Assembly: GCF_009914755.1 (NCBI RefSeq)
Contig: NC_060947.1
Direction: 5' to 3' (one strand)
DNA length: 64,000 nucleotides
From: the human T2T-CHM13v2.0 reference genome, Homo sapiens
The stretch's first letter is position 1; each line of letters begins with the position of its first letter. The notes beneath the pieces were generated by a model. That model was given only the letters and a program-made list of their open reading frames with translations. It was not told where the DNA came from and did no database searches. A program made the translations under genes and the position numbers. Shown one piece after another: positions 53,201 to 64,000 of this stretch.

Positions 53201-54334
53201 TTTCCCATGCTTTGCAGCCTCTCTTAATTGTTTGGGTACCACTTAGAGAAAAGGATGAGTTGAGAGAAAGCACAGCCTATTACAGCAGCACCCAGATAAG
53301 AGCCACCCAAGTTTACAGTAGGGGTCTTGTGTAGACAAAAAGAATCTTATCCCCATTTAACAGGTATTGAATCATCTTAATTCACTTGCAAACAGCTGCA
53401 GGTAGAGGAAACAAGAAGCATAAATAACTTAGATGGACAAAACAAAGTCATAGGATTAAAGTTGTTAGGATGCTAACAGAAACATAAGGGGAATGAAGAG
53501 GACAATTTCCATTTCCCCTTGCCCTCGAATATAGGAGGTAATAGGGACAGCTTTACCATTAGCATCTTCTAATCTTAAGCATGCAAGTGGATGGATTGTT
53601 TAACAAGAGGTTGCTAGGCAGAGGTTCTCTAGGTCCCATTTTTGTTTTTAAAATCTTATATTTTATAATGTATTTTTTCTTGCAATGTGCTTTATCGCAC
53701 ATTAGTTCATTTAACTTAATTGAATAAATAAATGAGAACATTTTATAATTAGCACAAATATTGTATGTGTGAATGCTTTTAACATGATTGAATATTTTGT
53801 GTTCTTAATATGCATAATTAAGATTGCGAGGGGTAAAATTTTCTCTGTTAATTTTGTTTTTTTTCTCTTATACTGTAATTAAAGGTCAATGTAAAAGATC
53901 ATAGATTCTACATATGTGGGACTTGAGGTTCTCTATATTTCTTGTCTCGATGTTTTCAAGTGTCTGGTGCTTTCATTTAGCTTACTTCACTAAATAAGGC
54001 TAAATATTGAATTATTTAAACTTATTCTTCCCATTTAAATGAATAATTTTTTTAAAAAATGAAAACATTTCTGCTTTAGAAACTTTGATATTCATAGTAG
54101 GTTAAGGGATTAATGTCTTGCTTTTAAAAATATTTTATCTTTCCATGATAAAATATCACTTGTAGAGAAGATAAATATTTCTCTTTAATTATAAATCTTT
54201 ACTGTTTCACAATATAAAATATAAATGAACATTTACATTTAAATGTGCTTCTTAGTTTATAAAAACTCAGCATACTAGGAGGTGAACAGAAAATAAAGAC
54301 TCGTTTCTATTCACCTCTACTTTATTCACATAAA

Positions 54335-54445
54335 TGACTAAATGTGGAAGAACTGGAGACAGACTGTTCTGAGTGCCACTAGTAATGAACTGTGTAGCTG
54401 GACAAATTATTCTTTCTGTGCCTCAATTTACTCATCTGCAATAAC
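54335..54445 (+). mobile_element. MIR fragment
   Basis: tctttctgtgcctcaatttactcatctg. Confidence 0.6.
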
Positions 54446-54934
54446 AGGCCGACAACTTTCAGGACTTCAGAACCAACGTTTGGGTAAATGCTAGGTAATT
54501 TTTAGTCCTTCTCTCCCCATCTTTTCTTAGGGCTCAAAGCTTTGGTTATTGATTTAAAATAGAATTACATAAGCAAAGCAAAATTTGTAGTAGATAATAA
54601 AAAGATATACTCCAATTTTGCAGCCTAATTTTATTGCTTTCATTTCTAGTTTAAGAAAAAAGTTTTGTTTTAGATTTGCCTTGACTGGCCTCAAGTACAT
54701 TCATTCTCTCTCTCTTTAAGGAATTCTCACTAGAAAGCACTTATCCTTATAATTATATAATTGCATTAGTGGGTTGTTTCGTAGCAAGGCTCTTTATAAC
54801 TTCCCATAATTATAGCGTATACCTATTAATTATATAATCTTCCTTTAGAACCAATATTGATAGAAAATGCCTTTGACATCTTTTACATAAGAAACATATT
54901 TTGCGAACTTACTCATAGTTATACAACCCTTTGG

Positions 54935-55035
54935 AACTCACTCTCTTCTCTGAACCTCAGTTACCCTATTTGTTAAATGAGAAAATTTGAATTAGACTAG
55001 ACTCTTTAATTATTTTTTCAAGTTCTAAACTTCTA
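54935..55035 (+). mobile_element. MIR3-like fragment
   Basis: tctctgaacctcagtt...aaatgagaaaatttgaattaga...ttcaagttctaaacttcta. Confidence 0.6.
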
Positions 55036-55726
55036 AAATTTAATCATTCCATCAACTAATACACATCTGAGAGCCTACTGGAAGCAAGGCATTTTTCTGG
55101 TTGCTATACATACATTTTTTCAAGATTTACTATCTACATTTTACTTAAAGTTGTGGGAATCAAGCTTTTCAGCAAACCTGTTTAAAAACTGTCAGTGCCA
55201 TTTTAATCAAAATATTATCTGAGATTTAATAAAGAACTCTACTTATTCCCTCTCACCACCAGGCATACAAAACAAGCCCAGTCTTACATAAAGAGAAAAA
55301 TTTCCCAGCTCCTCTTAGACTAGATTATTTTCAGAAGGAACATTCAGTTTTTCTTTTGATACATTTTAGTTAGAGTAACTAATTCTTTTCAACTTGTGCT
55401 GTTTTGCTATTTTGAAGAACCAAATATTTCATTTTGTTTCTTGTAATTTACCAACTGTTGTAAAAGAGGGGCAATTTTTGTTTCTACAGACACTCATTAT
55501 CAAGTTCTAAACGTGCTTAAGGGCATCCTCAAATCAGATAGCAGAATGACTAATCTGAAGGCACTACTACCCTGTTTAATCAGTAAACTGTTTCCATAGG
55601 GGCTTACCCTTCCCCCTCACCAGATCTAATGTTGACCTATGAGAAAGATGGGGTAAAAGGACAGAGATGAAGGAAAGAAAATAGGAGGAAGAGAGGAAAG
55701 TTTATCATTCAAATCTGGGTGACAAA

Positions 55727-55727
<1 letters not shown>

Positions 55728-55760
<33 letters not shown>
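55728..55760. repeat. (GT)n microsatellite
   Basis: Direct reading. Confidence 0.97.
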
Positions 55761-55762
<2 letters not shown>

Positions 55763-56134
55763 GGCATAAATCTGGAGTGACACCAGCTTTTCCCTAGTAA
55801 TTGCTGGTTGCTGGAGGAAGGGGCTAGACATGCTGTTTAACTAAAAAACTAGGAATAGGTTTTCCTTCACCATTAATCCTTTCACTCACATCTGCAATAG
55901 CAAGGGGTTTAAATAAGCCAAACTGGTGTGGAAATTCTACATAGAATTATATTGCAATGCAGTGTTTCATATAAATTGAATAAAGCAGTATACCTGAGAC
56001 TGTCCTTGGCCTCAGTGCCCATTCTCAGGTCAGAAATACCCTCTGAGCCTTTATAAAATGTGGAGGCAAATAGAGCCCTATTAATTTGACATTTCAAGAA
56101 TTAGAACCATCTCAAGCACTCAAAAAAACAATAA

Positions 56135-56325
56135 ATTTATCAGAGCCTGCTAGATCTGAAAGGGACCATAGAGAACACTCATTCCATCTCTGCTGTTTTA
56201 TAGTGGACAGACATGAACAGAAGTTGAGTGGGTTGCCCAAGTTCACCCAGCTGATTAGTAGCAACACCAGGACTTGAAACCAGCTTTCTTGGCTCCCATT
56301 TAGTGGTCTTTCTACCATTGGCTGC
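56135..56325 (-). mobile_element. MIR-family fragment
   Basis: ttgcccaagttcacccagctgattagtagca..accaggacttgaaaccag. Confidence 0.75.
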
Positions 56326-57869
56326 CTCATTGGCTTCTTCGTTGCTATTCAGTTTTGAGGTTTGAAGTGTCTCCTAAAATTTATTTTCCTATATTTTTTT
56401 CTCAACTCCCCTTTCTGTTTATGAAAGCTACACAAAAAGTTATTTGACCTTTAACTCCTAGGGGCTCACTATGTCAATAGAGTTTTCAAATTTTAAATTA
56501 GATAATGTCAGTAAAGTTTGAGTGTCTAGGAGAATGTATAATTATAGTAGAAGGTGTTATTATAATAATTTGTGGATAGGCAGCAACATGATTACTTGTT
56601 CATGTTATTAAACTCATGATCAAAGTTCACATAACGAAACAAATGTTCTTGTCTGTTTTATAGATAAGACTGATTCCAACTAAATTCATTTTACTCTAAC
56701 TGCCCCTGCAAACAATCCCTCCAAAACACAAGTGGTATTTTTTCTTTCATCTTGCCTCAGCATTTAGTGCTGTATTAAAACTGCTTGACGAATGTGAAGA
56801 CCAAATTAACTGCACACACCCATAATATAAATACAGCGTTAGGAACCAAGATGAAAAATAACTCACATAAAAACTTGGATTTTATCAAGCATCCTCACAA
56901 TAACCACAGGCCCTTCCCAGATGGTCCCACTTAATGGTGAACATTTTCTATTTATAGCATCTGCTTCTCTCTTAGGATATTTCAAACCATTCAGAATGAG
57001 ATTTTTTAATTGTAAGTAAATGAAGTAGCTGAAGTTTAATTACCAAACAAGGAGGTGTTTTGTGGGTAGATGCTTGGAGGATAAAAGATTATCTTGTTGC
57101 AATAGAACCATTGATGCAGCTTTCACTCCAGTCACTCAGAGTTATAAATTATGAGGCAGAAAGATTCAAGACTTAGGGGTGAAATTAATCATATTAAGTC
57201 GGTGCCCCCACACTGATACTGACATTTAACGAGTATGATTCATATAAAAACATAGTACATGATTTTTTTGATTAGGGAGAAAGTGCATGGAATATTTCAT
57301 TTTCCAATAAAAACATCTATGGATACTACAATAATACACCTGATGAAATGACTCAAATATAAATATTGACTACATTTGTGTCTGCTACTTTCTCTCTTCC
57401 CTCTCCTCTCAGCCTCCTCTCTAAAGCCATTCTAGATGACAGCCACCATGGTTGAAAATGTAAATCCTTAGATGACTTAGACAAGTGAGATAAGTTATCA
57501 CTTGAAATTTGTTTGAAGAAGCACTAGACAGTGGAATCAAGAGCATTAAAATGATCTGGTTAATATCTGGTCTAATAAGTCAGCTTCTCTGTTTAACCAA
57601 CTTTTCTCACACTTGGGTCACTGTGTATGCCACATTGTTAATTGGATTGGGGGACCCTGTGAAGAAACACATATTTCATAATTGCTGGTTCCCTCCCATA
57701 AAACTGTACATTCCCTGGACTTTGTATTTACAGGCATTTTGTTGCAATTGCATTTTCATCTTAATTAAGAAAAACCAGCAAACTGAGTTCCGCCACAATA
57801 AGAGAAGGGGAGGATAACTTTTGTGTTATAGGGGATATAATAATGTAATGAAAACTCAGAGAAAAATGT

Positions 57870-58228
57870 ATTCTAGGCTTTGAAATAATTTCTTCCAGTC
57901 TTTTGAACACATTGCCTGCTCACTTCATCTGAAATACTCAACCACTTTATTTATCTGGGCTTCACATGTAAGCTTATATGTCATTATCCTTAAAATGCCT
58001 TTTCTGGCTGGATTAAATTCTCCTCTTGCATGCTTCAATAGTGTCCTAAGCTGAAACCTATCATAACATTTATCACACTGCATTGTAACAGTGTTGAGTT
58101 TTTATTATCATGATGTTCCCAAAACCTGGCATAGGGACTCACACAGAGATGGAGCACGCAATAAGTTGGCTGCATAAACAAATAAATGAATAAACAAATA
58201 AACAAATAGATGAATGAATTAATGGAAT
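57870..58228 (+). mobile_element. L2 3' end
   Basis: ctatcataacatttatcacactgcattgtaa...aaataaatgaataaacaaat...gatgaatgaa. Confidence 0.7.
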
Positions 58229-59636
58229 GTGCCCAGACCTTTGAGAAAGCTTATCCCCTTATCTTGTGCTTTTTCCCCAGTAAAAATCAATGGAAAATCA
58301 TTGCATTGATGTGCTCCAAGCCATTTTTATTTGCAAAACAGTTCATTGAGCAAAAACTTGGGAAGTGCTAACAATTTTTCAAATCATCTTGCTTCTGTGT
58401 GGTTATCCTGTACTCACCATGCCTTATAAAATTAACCCAAACTCAGTAGTTTGGAGGATTTTGGCTTCAAAATTGGCTGCTTAGTTTAACTATGATATAC
58501 ATATATATATATATTTTGTAGAGGCAAAGAGTGACAGCTGTCTACTATTGAAATCAACTATTCCACTGATTAGCAAAACGATTTTGCTCTACAGGATACA
58601 AAAAGGCATTTTGTTTCTCCTGGGCCAGCATACTTGAAGTAGCATAACTGATGATAAAGATGGGATACAATTTTAAGCAGTCCTACTTGCAAATAAGTCA
58701 GTTACGTTTCTTTTCCAATTATCATCAGTGTTGACAAGGTTGATTTCAAGAAGTCCTTTTAAAAAAAAATTAATGACTCACGAATGTCCTGGAGACTAGA
58801 TTATGCTACGATTTGCCAATCTGAGCAATGTAATGTGTACAAATTTAAAACTGGTTTAGTTGGGTGTGTCTCACATTCATAAAAACTTAGTGTTACTCAC
58901 CTGATGAGCAATGAAATTAAGATGTTTAGTTTGAATGTCCTGTGATGGGAATTGGCCTGGGAGTTAGGTTTTAGTAAGGCATCTTCATTGAAAATAACAA
59001 GCCTCTTCTTTTACCCATAATAACTTAAATTTTGTTGGAATATAGAAGTGAAAATATATATATTTAGAGAAAAGGATAAAGAGGGAGAGAGAGAAGAAAA
59101 CTGTGAATGTGACTTCTTATGAAATATCTCAAGATTTATAAAAATTCAAACTTTACCACTTCCTCTAACCAAAAAATAATGGACAAGATCCACTATAACA
59201 TTTTATTGCATTCATGACTTTCTACTTATGGCATTGTTAAATCAGAACACAAGGGGGGAATTAGGTCAGGGCATTATACATCAAATCACCAAGCTAAAAT
59301 ATTTTAACACCTGAACCCAATGGCACAGATTCAAAATCCTAATTTATAAATAATGTGTAATACCTCAGGAGAAAAAATAGTATAATGAGTTAAGTGAACA
59401 ACTTTTAATATAGAATACACTGGTATAGTCTACAATTCTGTAAGGTTTAATTAGAGGTATTAAATTGCTGTAAGAAAAGGTAAATTCTTTCACAGAATTT
59501 AGATGTCTTCATCAAGGAGATTAAAATAATGATTTCTAAAACCTCGTGATGTGTATTTAATTTTAAGCTTTATCTGCCTAGAAAATAATATGTGGAGGAA
59601 ATCGAGAGAATAATAAATGTTCTCTCTGGCAAATTT

Positions 59637-59699
59637 CACATATACACATACACGTATATACACATATAAATGTATGTATGTGTGTATATATATATATAC

Positions 59700-59739
<40 letters not shown>
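59637..59739. repeat. Compound (CA/TA)n-(TA)n-(GA)n microsatellite
   Basis: Direct reading. Confidence 0.95.
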
Positions 59740-59740
<1 letters not shown>

Positions 59741-61699
59741 ATCTTGAAACAATACAGCTCTTTTAAATTTGATTGTTCCTAACATAATTGATATGTGTGC
59801 ACACCTACGGAAACGCATCTTGACATTTCTAGTAAGCCAGGCATGAAAAATGTAATACTGTGGTCTTTCTTCAATGCTAAGCAGGGGTGTGCTGACCCAC
59901 AAAAATTACAATCTTGGGACAAACCATTCTGAAATGTTTTCACGTGTGGGTTTTCCTTATCTTTTTGGTAATGTTTCTATAGTCAGTTAAGGGTTCATGG
60001 TAGGTGTTTTACTGATTGATTCAGTAACTCTGTTTGGACTGTTTCTAGTTTGGCCCCGAGTAGAAGGGAATAGTTTGGTCTTAAGTAATCTGTCTATGTA
60101 AATATCAGAAAATCCTCCTGGATCATACATGATTAGATACTTTATATATCTCTCAATTGTCTGCTCATACGAAGCACTGCCTAAAAGTTGTTGACTGAAG
60201 CTCCTCATTCATACAAGTAAATATTGATCAAAATCCAGTTTTTGTTTGCCAAAAAAAATGCAATTTAGAAACTTTCAAAATAGATCCCCTTGTTTTCTTC
60301 TGGGAGGCCAAATAAAAACATATTAAATAAATGAATAGATGAATAAATGGAATGGAGGAAGAAAGACTGGTCCCGTCAAATAAGATGTATGTCAGAGACA
60401 GCTGGTAGATTTGTGTCAGGATATCTCATCACATCTTTCATTTTAAGTATTAAGAGTGTACAGTAAATATCTATGAAATTCAAGAGGGCAGTGAGAGATG
60501 TGTATAAAATTAACATGAAATTCTACTTTTTATAAGTCCACCTACCTGAATATTTACCCTAAGTGATACTTCAAAACTGGAGGAAAGAGACTTGGTCATT
60601 ATGGGTGATGCTGTAAAATGCCATGTAGATACTTCATAGCACAATAAAAAAAAAACTTATCAGTAATAACAACAACGTAATGGCAGAGCCAGCTCCACCT
60701 TAGCCGAAACCAACCCTAACCAGTTGGGGAGGTTCAAGAGAATGATCTCTGTTACAAAAGTTTATTTCAGTGTTATTTCTGCTGCTACATATTTTCTGCT
60801 ATAATTAGGGGAACCTCCCTGTTCCTCCCCATTTACACTCTTGTAATAGCCAACTGCAATTCTATTTCAAACTCCCTTATCTTTGTTAATCCTTTATAAT
60901 AGGGCACTTTTTTGGCATTGGGATAAAGGGATAGAAAGAGTCTAGCCAAATAAAATAAAGGCTGAAAAACTTAACATAAAACATCCATTTCAAACACTAC
61001 ACTATAAAATATGTTCCACAGTAGGATATTTGTTCTACATAATCTCAGAGAACATAACAGGACATATATCCAGGAACATAGATGTTGCAAAACTTCCAGC
61101 AGTCTGTGCTGTACTTGAGAGCCCTAAAAACATTATAGGGAGTATGGAAAAAAATATTTCTATGGTCTGGAGGGACACCTCTTTGTAAAATTCTATTGGA
61201 GACTTGATTTAGACTTACTTAGATGTTTCAGATTTAAATATCTGGACTGAACAATGCAGATAGAAATCAATAGCTATATTTAGAAAGTCACAAGTTCTTA
61301 CAGTGTTATGCATTACCGAGTACTCCTCTCACCCTTCCCACCTGTCATTACAAAGAAGGTTTGTAATTGTTTTAGTGGGGAGTCAGCTCCAAGTTTTCTG
61401 ATGTTACTATTAATATTTGGAACACTATAGCTTTGAGAGTCCCGATTCTCACTGAACAAAAGGATGGCTTTGAGGTCCTTTAGAATTACTCTTAGGTTTT
61501 GGGAGAAGATGGTAAAATAACTGGGAGATTCAATAAGGAAAACATTGACTTATTCAAATAGACGTGTTGGTACTTATTAACAAAGCATACTAATTTATTG
61601 GCTGAATTTTTTAATGTTTCTTTTGTATTTTGCAATGGATAGAAACAGATCCACTGAAGAGATCAAAATTATACATGTGCTTTCATTTTTCCACTTGTT

Positions 61700-63240
61700 T
61701 TCATTTGTTCCTTACCAAAATATTTATTGAACACTTACTATATATATAGCACTCTGGTGAATGTTGTTGTGATTCTCTGTGTTTACTGAGATTATGTTCT
61801 AGTAAGAGAGATAAAACTAGTTCAAACATAAATACACTACACACAGTATGAGATAACTACCCTAAAATAGTACTAACAAAAGCCACAAAATGAGAGATGA
61901 TTTTTGTCCAAATATAGTCAGATAGGGTTTATAAATGTTTGATCTAGGTATTAAAGGGTAAACAGGATTTCAACAGAAGGGGAAAGAACAACACTTTCCA
62001 GAGGGAGGAAATGGCATGAACAAAGTTGTAAAGAAAGAAAAAAATATCAGGAATGAATCAGGAGAAGATAAGTGGAACAGTTTAGCTTAGAGCATGTACT
62101 GAAGTACAGAGACATAAATCTGGAAAGTATGTCAGGACTGTACAGAGAAGAAGAAGCTTTGTAGTGGACATTTATTGTTTAGGGCTATCCAGCATACATT
62201 CATTCCCTCTTTTGGAAATTCTAGAGATGAATAAACTTTTCTCTCACATGGATAGTCTTGATAGACCTCTAATAAAAGTATCCTGCTCTCTCTAAGGGAT
62301 GGACATGTGATCCAAGCTAGGTCATTTCAATGTTCTCCTGGACTTTGGGTTTTGAGCAGAGAGAAATAATGAGGAAAATAATTTCTTGATTTATCCATTT
62401 TCTCCTTTGACTTGGATCACTAGATCTCTCCTAGTTCTCTCCTAGTTCATGTTCTTTTTAAGTGTGGCTCTCTTCAGCTGGTCCTTCAATTCTGTGAGCT
62501 ACCTTGTGTTCTTCCAATAATATTATATTATTTTTTCTTTTCTTTTTTGAGTTTTCAGTTAGCCAGTTGGTTTTGTTGCTTACACCAAAGAACCTGATTA
62601 AACCTTCAATGCAAGCCTGTTTTACATTGATAAAATTTTGAAGAAAAAGTTAAGGAGAAGAATAATGTTGTCAAGTTAGTGAACTAGAAAAGTATTCTGG
62701 AAACACTGTGTTAAATGGATTGGAAAGCAGAGAGACTGAAGTGAGGGGGACCCCTTAGGAGGCTGTTGTAGTAGTTTTAGAACCAGGAATTGAGGACACA
62801 GGCTATAGTGGTGGCAGTAACAATGAGAAATAAGAGACGTATAAGAGACGTTTTTAAGAAAAAAGAAGTAAAAGATCTTAGAAACTGACTTGATGTTGAC
62901 TTTGGAGGAGATTTTTTAAAAGTCAGAGATCTTTCAGAGATTTCAAAACTAAAGGACAGGGAGATGAATGAGAAGTCTATATGAGAGACTGAGGAAAAAC
63001 AACTAAAGAAATATGATAAAAATCAGGGTTTTGCAACAGCATGTGAGCCAATGGAGGAGAGATTGACTACTTGTAGAGGATAATCAAAAGTGTCAGAAGT
63101 TGTGGGAAAAACCTAGAAATCAGGAAAGAAAAGAAAAAGTTCTCATAATCCTTCAGTTTAGCTGAAATCTCAGAAGAAGAAGTTTTCATTGTTGACTGGA
63201 AGAAAAGCCGTTGAATATAGCATTATTTGTGACCCTCTAG
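61700..63240 (-). mobile_element. L2 remnant interrupted by an LTR
   Basis: caaaatatttattgaacacttactat; ttaggaggctgttgtagtagt. Confidence 0.7.
62160..62603 (+). mobile_element. Ancient ERVL-type solo LTR (LTR33/LTR16-like)
   Basis: Starts tgtagtggacat; ends caattctgtgagctacc...ttagccagttggttttgttgcttacaccaaagaacctga. Confidence 0.65.
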
Positions 63241-63243
63241 AAG

Positions 63244-63455
63244 AATGGTTCTTAAGCAATTTTTGTTCCATGGGTCCTTTTAGCAGTCTTGTGAGGCCTA
63301 CAGACTCTCATAATAATGTGTTTAAATGTGTTAAACAAAACATAAAGGAGCTTTAAAAGAAACCAATTATGTAGAATTTCAGTTATCAAAATATTTTAAA
63401 CTTGGTCAAATAGTAAAGCATATGCCATTTATTAATGTATTGAATAATAAGACAA
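63244..63455 (+). mobile_element. Charlie4a/MER80-like hAT DNA transposon fragment
   Basis: ggttcttaa...ccatgggtccttttagcagtcttgtgaggccta...gaaaccaattatgtagaatttcagttatcaaaatattt. Confidence 0.7.
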
Positions 63456-63574
63456 TACATTTATTTATTTTCTACTGCTAAAACATCTCTGACTTTTAAC
63501 TGTATTTATTTCCATCATTCATTAGTTGTTGATAATGATGATGATGAAAGTGACAAGAAAGATTATGACTAACA

Positions 63575-64000
63575 TTTGTTTTTCCTAATTTTTACTTTTT
63601 GTGGACACATAGTAGATGCATATATTTGTGAGGTACAAGAGATATATTGATCCAGGCATACAGTCACATCAGGGTAAATGGGGGTATCCATCACCTCAAG
63701 CATTTATTCTTTCTTTCTGTTACAAGCAATACAATTATACTCTTACTTATTTTAAAATGTGCAATAAATTATTGTTGACTCTAGTTACCTGTGGTTCTAT
63801 TAATACTAGATATTATTCATTCTTTCTCACTATTTTTTGAACCCACTAACCATGTCCCCTTAAAACTCCCACTACCCTTCCCACCTTCTGATCACCATCC
63901 TTTTACTCTCTATCTCCATGAGTTCAATTGTTTTATATTTAGCTCCCACAAATAAGTGAGAACATGTGATGTTTGTCTTTCTGTGCCTGGCTTATATCAT
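63575..64000 (-). mobile_element. L1MA 3' end running off the window
   Basis: cacatcagggtaaatggggg.tatccatcacctcaagcatttat...tagctcccacaaataagtgagaacatg. Confidence 0.9.

Noticed and set aside
60708-60723. ccctaa telomere-like motif
   Set aside because: Single unit, expected by chance

Overview
AT-rich, CpG-poor primate genomic DNA. AluY/AluS, L1PA and THE1 elements point to a catarrhine, probably human or ape. I see no protein-coding exon, tRNA, rRNA or CRISPR array. The listed ORFs are broken LINE-1 ORF1/ORF2 pieces, Alu/LTR read-throughs or chance ORFs. Bases 1-33 kb are mostly nested retroelements: a near full-length L1MA1/2-type element sits inside an antisense L1MA, each carries a THE1 solo LTR, and there is also a full-length L1PA13-like element, an MST LTR, L2, MIR and Alus. 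Bases 33-64 kb are mostly unique sequence with ancient MIR/L2/DNA-transposon relics, Alus and microsatellites, typical of a large intron or intergenic region. I found no convincing novel biological system. The most notable observations are insertion and repair signatures (an internal L1PB-type RT fragment replacing part of the L1MA ORF2, a 5'-inverted mini-L1, head-to-head L1 ends, templated insertions) plus a few candidate regulatory and splice motifs. Subfamily names come from recalled consensus features, not a database search; boundaries of old elements are approximate.
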